A DNA stretch of 64,000 nucleotides from a virus (IMGVR_UViG_2690315746_000001:1-64000), one strand, 5' to 3'; shown: positions 31,501-40,113, counted from the first letter of the stretch. Notes: generated from the sequence alone by a model not told the origin. Translations and numbers: made by a program.

Positions 31501-32149
31501 GGGCGCGCTCGACGGCGAGCTGCGCCGACACCCGGTCGTTGGTGACCCGGGCCTCGAGGTAGCCGGGCACGGACAGCTGCGCGGCGCGGCTCGCCTGGCG
31601 CTGCTGCGCGACCAGGAACGAGTTCTCGATCGCCGTCGTGGTCGACGTGAGCAGCCGCTCCATCGCCTTGCCGGTGGCGGCGGCCAGGCGGGCGGAGAGC
31701 TGATCGGCGGTGGTGTTGATGCCGGTGATGGCCGAGCGCAGCGCGCCCTCGGCGGACTGGGCCTGGCCGGCGGTGCGGCCATCGGTGAGCGTCGCCGTCT
31801 CAGAGGTGCGTCGCACCGCGCCGCGCGCGAGGTTCGCGTCGCGCTGGAGCTGGATCTCCTCGCGGATGGCGGCGTTGTGCTTTTCCTGCTGCTCGGTGCG
31901 GGCCTTGATCGCGTCGAAGGCGGCCTTCTCGGCGGCGGAGCCGGCCGGCGCCAGCGCGGCGGCGGCCTGGAGCCCGGCGACGTCATCCTTGAAGCGGCGC
32001 GCGGCATCGGCCGAGCGGTCCATCGCCTGGCGGAGGCCCTCGGCTCGCTGGAGGCCGACCTGCAGCAGGTCGAACGTGCGCCGGAGGTGGGCCTCGAGAT
32101 CGTTCGAGCCCACGTCCAGGTCGACGTTCAGATGGTCATCATCCGCCAT
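25583..32149 (-). CDS. Tape measure protein with lytic transglycosylase domain
   Basis: 2188 aa, TP901-type core, ESS...AKGLFQF...HNQG SLT motif, lambda-like C-terminus. Confidence 0.92.
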   Translation of the reverse strand: MADDDHLNVDLDVGSNDLEAHLRRTFDLLQVGLQRAEGLRQAMDRSADAARRFKDDVAGLQAAAALAPAGSAAEKAAFDAIKARTEQQEKHNAAIREEIQLQRDANLARGAVRRTSETATLTDGRTAGQAQSAEGALRSAITGINTTADQLSARLAAATGKAMERLLTSTTTAIENSFLVAQQRQASRAAQLSVPGYLEARVTNDRVSAQLAVERAQQGGTLEERRARAARVAQLEVDRKEAERQERDYQKLRQSYMADEARQAAREADPNTALREANRNRSFRRQHGVDYDTYTSSTAGMSRPERTAWLDQQRATVDAGVRDLNEAYRLNREFDQANNRAWSDTVASAKAENTRRDRQMADAVRDNRGVDRDSRAAAEAENKRRDKIAGQADAENRRIDANSRAAAEAENRRRDRQRSEAEAENARLTRETRAAAEAENRRRDKLRTEADAENQRIERDARAAARAENARRDRQTNEAYRDNRGVDADARAAAKAENARRDKIEAQAWEENKRRDRDAYAAAQAENARRDKVAKGEQREARRAAGPDYDAAAERGFKARNAAFNLNGGADQFAFQAQLATNYALFGAVTGMITGAVGAIKEFDDVLSRFQAITGAATSEMGGFRAELLGIAKDSRFSVNELAQVAITLGQTGLSASDVAKALKPVADLAAASGSTLQQSVEAITGVLGAYGMAAGRAAEVSDILVGALNATKLTMEQLQLGIQYAANIARDSGVSFSELTATIGAISQAGVKSGSTIGTGIRQLITELTSPSQKFRDVLKELGISLADVDLRANGLSGVLKNLTSAGFTTADALRSLDLRAAAAFSAIGGQGDLIEKLRTQMLLSSAASEGAAKANESLTATLQRLGNTTFAVVDTAFKPLVDALKLGTEGLIGLVGNFEKLGPILPAVGAGLTAIVGTLALLKVGGLALGLLTSGFIGLPVLGVGAAAGIAYMVAQLVNMETALERVTKRLDQIKGVENELSSKRDSVTLTLTDIDRQIDGLIAKRDKLNEDPLQLQNAVIEAQKGFGDVGFSMDGVSKSADGLIAAYQRLRAEMQGKLPDLGMQQILATQEKLIQLAEKQKALAEQNRTQTAPVTAVDGFGRVIAGGDKFEPTAPFRALGGPFDRAMDVVENPSLISRTDPLGSTRGLRAQMLEAQGVWSQQLLDEKLKATADQDPGRVKELEAKVKLATEALQRFAQTADVAIERQAAGMELERRQDEVRRQKLEASPEVVALDRRADALKVQRASDQEAVLRAPGLSPDVRVKQLLATLRVTGDEAKGQLAELDGVRDAMLARGETKENIAAALAAVRGKLDAIAKNASKELRELIESLNPEAVRVSQAERRGNDAEIATLTKQAQTATSQADLERVTNRIKELTEANAVISREILTFGKTPEQIANDSGLQTQLDELDRETKAKLEKLQEDYIQRRRRIEDAVLRISANADKAREQELRAEASRLEKIAKDAQTTPEKARELVEQINKLLDEATTIAKGRVATDAQREVAASPNEILADSRTAPAGSVAERVITTARAAGAGSMVNYLLGLGQLESSMNPGAKNASGAKGLFQFMNNDYPGGVNTWGKYGKGDIFSVENQVPAAIDFTRDNAKIFRDRLGRDPTDAELFVLHNQGAAGGTRLLRNPNSPARDFVSAAAIENNGAKGRSGSITAGEFTEILKGMYATASRASEKLTTTTAKVLKDKEEADKGKLDKENAEDKRRVGAIEQQKADQALLASLRLQDKTETAGIAAAMARISKANEVATVKEASSGAIAAYGRLNASALKADELDANSKSRTPEQKEEGRTAITERFRALAEKEAIAAADAAGKVSTRVLDQEIARREAQLKSLKLDENENKVPQAEIDKLDQELVKLKERRALEGESASIREQIAVLEKALADAATAGLGPAEKQVLIQEKLLELKRKQALSDVSVNTKRDLDAKGPSMSNAVSGAIVDFEKARGIRDPMGKLVDETQEARKLLAGELNVIGNAFDNLFVNLFNGSMKAGDALKKFATDILGGLMQQISRSLTNSIFKSIFGGLEGGAGAGGGLFDGIGKFFSSIFGGGMASGGPIRMAGGGGVPGSDAALAQRDSKLILAQPGEYLLRRSAVDAVGRDTLDQVNALGNTMVNRAPKVDAKRMAGGASASANVYVVDRDQVPVPGASDFVFAIGENIQRGGTIKQLIKRVAAGG

Positions 32150-32495
32150 TGATCATCCGTCCAAACGCCAGCATGCCGGAGAGGTCGTCCAGCTCCTCGG
32201 TCTCAGGCTCCGCCTCGCCGAACAGCTGCCCGACGACGAAGAGCAGGCTCTCCGTGGTCGACATGGCCTTCACCATCTCGTAGCGGATGAACAAACCCGT
32301 CATCCGCCGTAGGTCTTCGAGCGTCCGCTTCCAGTAGAGCTTCGGGAGATCACTGGGGGCGCAGTCGAAGGCCAGGATCAGGCTGTCTTCCCAGGTGAGT
32401 TCACCGAAGAAGTCAGAGATGATCCGACTGCCGCTAGATTTTCCGCCTGCGTCGCGAACAGCTGCGCGCTCTTCTTGAACCGGCGGATGAAAAAA
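32139..32495 (-). CDS. Tail chaperone T segment (reached by -1 frameshift)
   Basis: Open -1 frame (...ISDFFGELTWEDSLILAF...RMINGG*) from slippery T TTT TTC at 32489-32495 to the stop overlapping the TMP start. Confidence 0.75.
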   Translation of the reverse strand, partial: FFHPPVQEERAAVRDAGGKSSGSRIISDFFGELTWEDSLILAFDCAPSDLPKLYWKRTLEDLRRMTGLFIRYEMVKAMSTTESLLFVVGQLFGEAEPETEELDDLSGMLAFGRMINGG

Positions 32496-32809
32496 TCCAG
32501 CACATGGGCTCCGGCCCAGTCGATGATGGTCTCGCCTACGTCCGGGTCGAGGTCGTGCGGGACGATCGGCTCCTCGTCGTCGCGCAGGATGTTGCCGCGC
32601 TTGTCGCGCTTGGCGAGGACCAGCTCGAGCAGGGCGTGGGCGGTCGGCGGATTGAAGCTCAAGGTCGGCACGCCCTCGGGCGACCCGACGAGGCTCGCGA
32701 CCTCGTTCAGGAGCCCGAAGCTCATGAACAGATCACGGTCTTCACCGCTGATGTTGACCCGGAGCCGGCTGGGGGCCTTCTGCTCGGTGGAAGTTGAAGA
32801 GGTCGGCAT
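32378..32809 (-). CDS. Tail assembly chaperone G
   Basis: Between tail tube and tape measure genes; contains in-frame slippery heptamer at LDFF. Confidence 0.8.
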   Translation of the reverse strand: MPTSSTSTEQKAPSRLRVNISGEDRDLFMSFGLLNEVASLVGSPEGVPTLSFNPPTAHALLELVLAKRDKRGNILRDDEEPIVPHDLDPDVGETIIDWAGAHVLDFFIRRFKKSAQLFATQAENLAAVGSSLTSSVNSPGKTA

Positions 32810-32855
32810 CTTCGCCCCTGATTTCGGCTGGGCCTGATGTGGTATCTTCACGGCC

Positions 32856-32886
32856 AAAAGAAAAGGCCCCGGTTCTCCCGGGGCCT
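32856..32886 (-). terminator. Intrinsic terminator after major tail gene
   Basis: AGGCCCCGG/CCGGGGCCT stem with TTTCTTTT tail on the minus strand. Confidence 0.75.
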
Positions 32887-32910
32887 GATCTGCACGCAGT
32901 TGCCGTGAAC

Positions 32911-33687
32911 TTACCGGGAGAAGATCGACATCTTCTCGCGGAAGTCGCTGTCGTAGCCCGGGTCGGTGGGGACCGGGGTCATCGGCGTCCACTCGAACGG
33001 CATGTTGGCGAAGTTCTCGGAGCTGAAGCCCATCGAGAAGCCGCGGGTGATCCGTGCCTTGGGGAAGTGCAAGGTGATCGGCGTCGACTTGTCGAGCGCG
33101 ATGCCGATGATGCGGACGGCGTAGTTGTTGTTCGCCTTCGAGGCGTCGGCATCGATCTTGTTGAGCAGGCCGACACGGGCGCCACCCGAGAACGACATGC
33201 CGGTCGGGACCGGGTAGCCGGCGAAGTCGAGCTTGCCGGCGTCGGCGCCCGAGAGCTTCGCGATGTGGATCTGGTCGTCCAGGTTCTCCTGGATGTAGAT
33301 CCACTTCCCGGGCGCGGCGCCGACGAGGCCGGCGACGGTGACCGAGGTGGCGCCGGAGGCGACCGGGCCGGAGACCGCCGAGGGCTCGCCCATGTCGACG
33401 AGACCGGCCGGGTCCTGGGACAGGCCGTAGGCGAAGTTCTTCGCCGTGTACTCGTAGACCTCGCCGGAGCCGGTGATCGGCATGCCGTTGGTCACGGACG
33501 CGACCACGTCGTTCTGGATGCCCTGGGTCAGGTCGACCTTCGAGGGCGTGACCTCGACGCGGACGTTCTTCACCAGGCCGACCGAGTGGGTCAGCGGGTT
33601 GATGGCCTTCTGCTCCAGCATCGGCGCGATGCAGAGGGTCGCGGTCGAGAAGTGGAAGCGACCCGTCTTGGCGGTGCCCGGGTTCAT
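32911..33687 (-). CDS. Major tail (tube) protein
   Basis: Synteny, GGAGA RBS, beta-rich ~258 aa, followed by terminator. Confidence 0.75.
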   Translation of the reverse strand: MNPGTAKTGRFHFSTATLCIAPMLEQKAINPLTHSVGLVKNVRVEVTPSKVDLTQGIQNDVVASVTNGMPITGSGEVYEYTAKNFAYGLSQDPAGLVDMGEPSAVSGPVASGATSVTVAGLVGAAPGKWIYIQENLDDQIHIAKLSGADAGKLDFAGYPVPTGMSFSGGARVGLLNKIDADASKANNNYAVRIIGIALDKSTPITLHFPKARITRGFSMGFSSENFANMPFEWTPMTPVPTDPGYDSDFREKMSIFSR

Positions 33688-33797
33688 GTGCAAAGTCTCC
33701 GTTTACGGGTCACTGAACTATCCGTTGCAATATGATGATTGCCCCCCATTTGTCCAAAGACGGTTCCCTGAAAATCAGGGACAATGGGGAAGTCAAG

Positions 33798-34034
33798 ATG
33801 CCGTACCGTGCTAAGCGTGAACGGAACCCGGCCGTGACAGTTGCTGTCAGCCATGAACTCGACGAGATCCTGCGGGCTAGAGCAGCTGCCAACCACCGCA
33901 GCGTTACAAAGGAAGTCGTGTTCCTGATCGAGACCGCACTTGGTTGCTCTTCGGAGCAGGTGCGGGAAGCAATCCACCTGCTCTACAAGGCCGGCATCGA
34001 GGTCACTGAGCCGGGTACTGCCCAGCCCGCGTGA
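33798..34034 (+). CDS. Arc-family ribbon-helix-helix regulator
   Basis: VTVAVSHELDEILRARAAANHRSVTKEVVFLIETAL. Confidence 0.75.
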   Translation: MPYRAKRERNPAVTVAVSHELDEILRARAAANHRSVTKEVVFLIETALGCSSEQVREAIHLLYKAGIEVTEPGTAQPA

Positions 34035-34440
34035 CCCGGGCGCTGCACTGGATCTCCAGGGTCGGCCGCATGTCGACCCGGCTCATCGGCGAGGCCGAGG
34101 TGCCGTCGAAGACCACCGCCTCGAAGCCGGTGTTGCTGCCGTCCGGGTTGAACATCGGGAAGCGGCTCTGCGCCGCCAGGCGCCGGTAGAAGGCGTCGGT
34201 GTAGTCGACCGCCCGGATCAGGTTCGGGTCGTCGATCACCATGATGCCGATGCCGAAAGTCAGGTCGTGGAACTGGTCGTTCTCGGTACAGCTGAAGCCG
34301 ATGAGCCCGATCAAGTCGGTGTTCGGCAACACGAAGCCCTCGGCGTGCGCGTCCCACTCGTAATACTGGGCCTCGGCGCTCAGCGCCTTGAACGTGTCGA
34401 TGACCATCCGCACGGTCGAGTGGCGGGCGACCTTGTACAT
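34003..34440 (-). CDS. Putative tail terminator protein
   Basis: Synteny and size. Confidence 0.55.
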   Translation of the reverse strand: MYKVARHSTVRMVIDTFKALSAEAQYYEWDAHAEGFVLPNTDLIGLIGFSCTENDQFHDLTFGIGIMVIDDPNLIRAVDYTDAFYRRLAAQSRFPMFNPDGSNTGFEAVVFDGTSASPMSRVDMRPTLEIQCSARVTRAGQYPAQ

Positions 34441-35316
34441 CTACTTCCCCTTCTTGACCCGGCGCGAGAGCGCGGTGCGGAGCGACTTCTCGAGGACCAG
34501 GGGCAGCCGGTTGCTGATCCAGAACACGAGGGTGTTCTGCAGGAAGGGCCGATGGGCGCCGCGCGGGTTCTCGAGCTTGTAGGCGAGCGGGTGCAGCGGA
34601 TCGCGGTCGGGTGCGCCGGCCTTCTTCAGGTAGCGCACGAAAAGGCTCTCCTCCCGCGCGGTCCCGCCCCCGTAAATTCCCGGGATTGCCGCGGCGGTGA
34701 CGCCGGCCTTCTCCTTGCCGGAGGCCTGCGCCATCAGGCTCAAGGAGACGGTGACCTTGCGGGGCCCGCGACGCACGGTGACCTTCGGGTCGACGAGGAG
34801 CGCCATGGCCGGCCCGAGGAAGCTCGTGAGCACGGAGCGCAGCTCGCCGCTGTCGACGAAGAAGGTCGTGGCCTCGCCGGCCGTCCGCCGGCCGCCGCCG
34901 CGGCGCGCCGCGCGCAGCCGGCGGCGCTTGTTCTCGAGCGTGCCCTTGGTGAGCGCGGCCCACTCGACGGTGGTCTTGCCCTTCAGGCGCGCCGACATCC
35001 GGTTGGTCGACGAGACCGCGGCGGCCCGGCTGATGCCGTCGAGCGCGGTCGAGACCATGCCCTCGGTCGGCGACTTGATCCGGGTGAAGACCCGGGCCGC
35101 CTGCGAGCCGAAGCGCGCGGCGTCCTGGGCGACGTCCTGGACGATCTCGTTCTGGGCGGCGAGCACCGCCTCGGCGACGCGCTCGACGCCCTTCGCCTCC
35201 GCCTGCCGACGCAGCAGCTCGACCGCCTTGGCGGCGACGAAGCTCGGGTCCGGCGGCTCGCCCGCGCCGGCCCGCCGGGCGCCGAGGCGGAAGTTGAGGG
35301 CGAAGTCGGGCATCAC
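34441..35316 (-). CDS. Putative neck / tail completion protein
   Basis: Basic protein with WAAL...DSGELR...HRPFL; synteny. Confidence 0.6.
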   Translation of the reverse strand: MMPDFALNFRLGARRAGAGEPPDPSFVAAKAVELLRRQAEAKGVERVAEAVLAAQNEIVQDVAQDAARFGSQAARVFTRIKSPTEGMVSTALDGISRAAAVSSTNRMSARLKGKTTVEWAALTKGTLENKRRRLRAARRGGGRRTAGEATTFFVDSGELRSVLTSFLGPAMALLVDPKVTVRRGPRKVTVSLSLMAQASGKEKAGVTAAAIPGIYGGGTAREESLFVRYLKKAGAPDRDPLHPLAYKLENPRGAHRPFLQNTLVFWISNRLPLVLEKSLRTALSRRVKKGK

Positions 35317-35870
35317 TCGATCTCGGCGATGGTCACGCCCAGGGTCGGGTTGATGCGCTTCACGGTCTGGCCGTGAACGACGTCGCCGAGCTGCAGCGGC
35401 GCGGCGGTGATGCAGCGTAGCCGGTCGGTCGGGACGCGCACGCCCGGATCGTTGTTGCCGTGGGTGTAGCTCTCGATCGAGACCCAGATCGGGCCGTGCT
35501 CGACCAGCTCGCCGGCCGCCATCGGCAGCCCGGTGACCGGGTGCTTCCCGCCGGCCGCGCGCCGCTGCCAGGAGACCTGGCCGGTCATCTGGAACAGCAC
35601 GAAGCAGCGCGAGACCACGTCGTCGAGCGCGAGCGGCAGCTCCCAGTTGCCGACCAGCATGACCCGGCCGGCCGGGTCCCGGAACAGGTCCTTGGCCCGC
35701 ACGGGCTCGCGCGGCCGGGTACGCAGTCCGAGGCGCGGCAGGACGAAGACCGAGGTCGGGAGCGCGGTCGGGTTGACCGGGAAGATGACGCCCCGGAAGC
35801 GGGTCGCCTTGTCGAGCTTCTGCAGCCAGACCTCGTTCTGGGCCTGGATGCGCGAGAGGAGCATCGGCAT
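35313..35870 (-). CDS. Putative head closure protein
   Basis: Synteny in the head-tail joining block. Confidence 0.55.
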   Translation of the reverse strand: MPMLLSRIQAQNEVWLQKLDKATRFRGVIFPVNPTALPTSVFVLPRLGLRTRPREPVRAKDLFRDPAGRVMLVGNWELPLALDDVVSRCFVLFQMTGQVSWQRRAAGGKHPVTGLPMAAGELVEHGPIWVSIESYTHGNNDPGVRVPTDRLRCITAAPLQLGDVVHGQTVKRINPTLGVTIAEIE

Positions 35871-35874
35871 GGGC

Positions 35875-36627
35875 TTAGCCTCCGACGCGGTCGGCCGGCG
35901 CGTTTCCGGTGATCGGATCGGTGGTGATGGTGCCGAGCAGGATCAGCGGCGGCGGGCCGACATCGGGCGCGACGTAGCCCAGCTCGCCAGTGATGCGGAC
36001 CAGCTCGTCCATGGTCGCGGCGACCAGGCCCTCGAAAGCGGTGGTGTCCTTCAGTCGCTCGAACTTCAGGGTGCCGTCCGACTTCGCCTGGGCGATGCGG
36101 AAACGCAGCGAGGGGAAGAGCAGCTGGGCAGCCGACAGCACGATCGCGCGCGTGGCGCGGATCTCGAGCAGGGTGCCGGAGGTGAGTGCGGCCTCGAAGC
36201 GCTCGCGGCCGAGCGCGCCCTGGAGCATCAGGGTCGCGGCGAACAGGTCGACCTCGTCGTCACGCAGCTCGTCCTCGTTGATCCCGAGGTAGGTGCGGAC
36301 GTCGGCCGGGGTGACGGTGTGGATCGGCAGCTCGACGACCCGGTAGGCCAGGCGCTTCTGGTAGCTGCGGCCGGCGGCGAGCCAGCTCACGACGACCTGG
36401 CGGCGCTCGAAGCTGCGCTCGGGGTCGATGATCTGGTGGATCGCGTGGATCGGGATGGAGACCCCGGTGGCTTCCGCCTCCGGGGTCAGTTCCTGCGCGA
36501 CGAGCAGTGGGGCACCCGTGCCGTCAAACAGGCTGTAGGTCACAGAGCCGACGTCTGGGATCACCAGCCCCTGTGGCGCCTCGAAGTCGGCCCAGAGCGT
36601 CACGGGGGATGATGATAGGACGTCCAC
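35875..36627 (-). CDS. Putative head-tail adaptor
   Basis: TPADVRTYLG...EL.D motif; synteny. Confidence 0.6.
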   Translation of the reverse strand: MDVLSSSPVTLWADFEAPQGLVIPDVGSVTYSLFDGTGAPLLVAQELTPEAEATGVSIPIHAIHQIIDPERSFERRQVVVSWLAAGRSYQKRLAYRVVELPIHTVTPADVRTYLGINEDELRDDEVDLFAATLMLQGALGRERFEAALTSGTLLEIRATRAIVLSAAQLLFPSLRFRIAQAKSDGTLKFERLKDTTAFEGLVAATMDELVRITGELGYVAPDVGPPPLILLGTITTDPITGNAPADRVGG

Positions 36628-36636
36628 GGTTCGGGC

Positions 36637-37011
36637 CTACTTCGCGTCGGAGGTCGGGGCCGGGGCCGAAGCCCGGCGGCCCCGCGGTGCGTTGTGCTCG
36701 ACCTGCTTGGTCGAAGGCGGGATCGGCGCGGGCTCGGGTCGGCGAGCGCTCGCCTCGTCGACGGGGTATCGATCGAGGAAGCTCGCGAGAGCGAGATCCT
36801 GATCACCATCGCTCGCTCGGAGCGTCTCGCGCCATTCAGCATCGGTGGCCTCGTCGTTGACCTGGGCATGAACCACGACAGTTCCGAGCGCGATGTACTC
36901 GGACCAGTAGAGGCTCTTGTGGACGACGGTGAGGCCCTTCGCGCGCACAAGCTCGTGCTGCGAGGAATTCATCAGCTGGAAGGCGCCAGTGGTACTGACG
37001 AGGATCTTCAT
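36637..37011 (-). CDS. Hypothetical virion-associated protein
   Basis: GGAGA RBS; immediately after capsid gene. Confidence 0.65.
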   Translation of the reverse strand: MKILVSTTGAFQLMNSSQHELVRAKGLTVVHKSLYWSEYIALGTVVVHAQVNDEATDAEWRETLRASDGDQDLALASFLDRYPVDEASARRPEPAPIPPSTKQVEHNAPRGRRASAPAPTSDAK

Positions 37012-37075
37012 GTTCGGCGGGTCTCCGGCAGCGGGGCGCCCGCTGTACTCAGCGTACAGCGGGCATGAGACACGA

Positions 37076-38293
37076 CTACTCGGTGTAGTCGTAGATCTCG
37101 CGGGTGTCGCCGAAGACCAGACGGAAGCCGGTGACCTCCGACTTGACGTAGGTGATCGCCTGCGTCTGGACCGCGCGCTCGCTCTCGTTGATGAGCGAGC
37201 CCGCCTCGGTCAGCTGCTCCAGGGTCTCCCCCTTGCGCATGCCGATCAGCTGGCCCTCGGGCGCCGTGGTCGACAGCACGAAGTTGATCTGCCCGTTCAG
37301 GATCGGCACGCCGCCGATCTTGAAGCCGGTGGCGGCGAGCGCCTCGGCGGCGGTGCGGTCCTGGCCCGAGTTGCCCTGGAGGGGCACCGCGAACATGAAC
37401 AGCCACTGGATGTAGCTGTCCCAGTTGCCGACCACCGTGTCGATCGGCACGCCGGCCTTGGCCCGCGCGACGAACCACTGCATCAGGTTGCCGTAGCTGA
37501 TGCGGCCCGGGGTGGCGTTCGGCAGGCCGGCGATCCGCCCGTCGAAGGTCGACTGGCCGACCACGCGGGCGCCCGGGTTCACGGTGTCACCGTTGACCAG
37601 CAGCTCGGTGGCGAGGCCGACCTTGGACAGCTCCAGCTCGCGCATCATGCGCGCCGCGTAGGGGGTGAGCAGGTCGAGGCGGGAGCGGCGCTGGAACTCG
37701 TAGGAGGTCCGGTAACCGCCGCCGATCTTGTACATCTTGACCCGCTTCTCGCTGGTCGAGATGGACCCGATGCGGAACCGGCCGAACTCGGTGACCGGCT
37801 GCATCACCTTGAAGTCGTCGGCGTCCTCGTCGTTGATGACCGTCGAGATCATCTCCACGCCGTTGATCGTCCGCGAGGACGCCACGAGCGAGGGCAGGGT
37901 CTCGAAGTCGACCTGGCGCGAGGTCGAGCGGATCAGGTCGTCGACCACCTCCGGGAACAGCGCGCGGGTGCCCGGGCTGTACTGGAAGGTGTCCGAGGCG
38001 AGGTCGAGCACGACGCCGCTGTCGAAGTCGTCGCCGATCGGCAGGTTGAGGAACTTCAGCGAGGCCTCGTAGCCGTTCAGGCCGTCGTAGGTCTCGCGGT
38101 TCTCCGACAGGGTCGGGTCGACCGCCAGGCGGAGGAAGTCGCGCATCTCGAGCCCGTAGGAGCGGGCGCGGTGGATGAGCTGGCGGCCGGCCTTGGCCGA
38201 GCCCTCGGCGTCGTCGCGGATGGCGAGCGACGCGAGCAGGCCCTCGGGGGCGACCCGGGCGGTGGCCAGTTCGTGCAGGGGGCGGAGGTCCAT
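37076..38293 (-). CDS. Major capsid protein
   Basis: 405 aa, GAGGAG RBS, HK97-like KIGGGYRTSYE pattern; synteny. Confidence 0.8.
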   Translation of the reverse strand: MDLRPLHELATARVAPEGLLASLAIRDDAEGSAKAGRQLIHRARSYGLEMRDFLRLAVDPTLSENRETYDGLNGYEASLKFLNLPIGDDFDSGVVLDLASDTFQYSPGTRALFPEVVDDLIRSTSRQVDFETLPSLVASSRTINGVEMISTVINDEDADDFKVMQPVTEFGRFRIGSISTSEKRVKMYKIGGGYRTSYEFQRRSRLDLLTPYAARMMRELELSKVGLATELLVNGDTVNPGARVVGQSTFDGRIAGLPNATPGRISYGNLMQWFVARAKAGVPIDTVVGNWDSYIQWLFMFAVPLQGNSGQDRTAAEALAATGFKIGGVPILNGQINFVLSTTAPEGQLIGMRKGETLEQLTEAGSLINESERAVQTQAITYVKSEVTGFRLVFGDTREIYDYTE

Positions 38294-38410
38294 GGGTCCC
38301 GTACTCCTCGGGGATGTGCTGGCGGTACGGAACGTACCTTCAGGATTAGACGCAGTTCAGGCTTCGGTTCGGGGCAAAATGTACTATTCGTACACTTTGC
38401 CCCGGGCGAA

Positions 38411-38827
38411 TTAGAGCTTCACGAGCGCGGCGTACTTGACGCCCTTGCGCGTGACGATCTCGGCGACGAAGGCCTCGGCCTCGTCGGTGGCGAGGCCCTT
38501 CTTGACGAAGCCGTTGCCGGCGCCGACCGGGACATCGCCGACCGCGAGCGGATCGTCCTTGAGGATCGGGACCAGGTCCGAGAACCGGAACTGGGCCGTG
38601 ATCATCTGGCGGTCCTCGTAGACCTCCAGGCGGGCGACCTTCGCGGTGATCTTCGCGCCGTCCGAGAGGAGCTTCATCGTGACCGGGCTGGTCGGATCGG
38701 GCTCGACCAGCCGGCTCTCCACGTCGGCCTTGGTGAGGCCGTTCGGGAGGCGGAAGTTCATCGAGCGGTTGAACAGCTCGTTCTTGATGCCGTGGACGTG
38801 AAGCTGGGTGTGGAAGGGCGTGGACAT
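38411..38827 (-). CDS. Capsid decoration protein (putative)
   Basis: Position between protease and capsid genes; beta-tulip-like size. Confidence 0.55.
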   Translation of the reverse strand: MSTPFHTQLHVHGIKNELFNRSMNFRLPNGLTKADVESRLVEPDPTSPVTMKLLSDGAKITAKVARLEVYEDRQMITAQFRFSDLVPILKDDPLAVGDVPVGAGNGFVKKGLATDEAEAFVAEIVTRKGVKYAALVKL

Positions 38828-38867
38828 CGCCGGTGGCTCCTGTGTTCTGGCTTACGGGTGCCAGCGA

Positions 38868-40085
38868 TTAGCGGCGCTTGAAGGCGCCGTTGCCGGTCGA
38901 CGGGGACGGAGCCGCCGAGCCGAGCGACAGGCCGCCGGAGAGCCGGGCGCCGAGCGCCTTGAGGCTGTCGAGCGCGCCGGCCACCTGGGTGGTCGCCTTG
39001 GCCTCGTCGGCCTCGAGCTGCGCGGTCGGCTGGCCGATCATCGCGAAGAGCGGCTGCAGCAGCTTGCCGGGCAGCGCCGTCGCGGCGGCGAGCTTGGTCG
39101 TGAGGTCGGCCACCTGGGCCTCGGCGTCGGTGAGCTTCTTCGCCTGGTCGGACCCCTTGAGGCCGGTCAGCTCGGTGCTCAGCTCGGCCACCCGGGCCTC
39201 GGCGGCGTCGGCGCGGGCCTTCTCGGTGTCACGGTCGCGCTCCGCGTTGGCGAGCTTGGTGGCACCCTCGGTGATGAGGCCGGCGAACTCCTTGGCGTCC
39301 ATGTCGAACGTGTCCTGCTTCTTGCCCGGCTCGGGCGTGGGGTCGGGCTTCGGCGGCGCCGAGCCGGTGGAAAGCTCCAGGGTGAGGTTCGGGACCTCGG
39401 TGCCGGAGGCGAGCTGCAGCTGCCGGCCCTTGATGCGGGCGCCCTGCGCGCCGCCCTGGCCGACGAGGCTCATCTCGAACCAGCTGTCGAGGTCGTCCAC
39501 GATGACGTGGACCCCGTTCTCCCCCATGCGGTTGCCCTTGTCGTCGAGGCCGAGCCATACGTTCTCGGCCGTGACGTCGGGGCCCATGAAGTCGAAGCCG
39601 GTCGCCGATGACTTCGCGCTCTTGCCGAGGATCGCGACGCTCACCTGGTCGACCGTGCCGGAATTGACCTTGGCGATCAGGTCCGGGTGGGCGTTGTCGA
39701 TCCAGAACAGGGTCAGCAGCTCGGTGGCGCCGTCGACCCCGGTCCCTTCGGAGAGGTGGCCGTCGAACACCCGCCCGATGGGCAGCTGATCGCCGTCCGA
39801 CGACCCGTGCATGATCTGCAGGGGCCGGCTCTCCTTCTTCACCTCGGCCATCATCTGGGCGAGGAAGTTGGTCGTATGCACCGCGCCGTTGTAGATCGGG
39901 TGCTTCTTGCGGACCGGCGCCGTCGACAGAGCTGCCGCCACGAAGATCGAGATCTTCTCCGCATCGACGTCGGGCGCCACGGCCTTGAGCCGTGCCTTCA
40001 GTTCGTCGGTGAGGGGAAGCTGCTTCACTGCGAGTTGTCCGGTCTGACCTTGCTGCGAGATAGGAATGACGCCGTGTTGCTTCAA
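38868..40085 (-). CDS. Prohead protease-scaffold fusion (start may be GTG 40028)
   Basis: H...PIGR...VSV...EMSLV protease motifs plus C-terminal coiled coil. Confidence 0.8.
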   Translation of the reverse strand: MKQHGVIPISQQGQTGQLAVKQLPLTDELKARLKAVAPDVDAEKISIFVAAALSTAPVRKKHPIYNGAVHTTNFLAQMMAEVKKESRPLQIMHGSSDGDQLPIGRVFDGHLSEGTGVDGATELLTLFWIDNAHPDLIAKVNSGTVDQVSVAILGKSAKSSATGFDFMGPDVTAENVWLGLDDKGNRMGENGVHVIVDDLDSWFEMSLVGQGGAQGARIKGRQLQLASGTEVPNLTLELSTGSAPPKPDPTPEPGKKQDTFDMDAKEFAGLITEGATKLANAERDRDTEKARADAAEARVAELSTELTGLKGSDQAKKLTDAEAQVADLTTKLAAATALPGKLLQPLFAMIGQPTAQLEADEAKATTQVAGALDSLKALGARLSGGLSLGSAAPSPSTGNGAFKRR

Positions 40086-40113
40086 CGCGCCGTCAACTTC
40101 TTGTCCCTGACTT

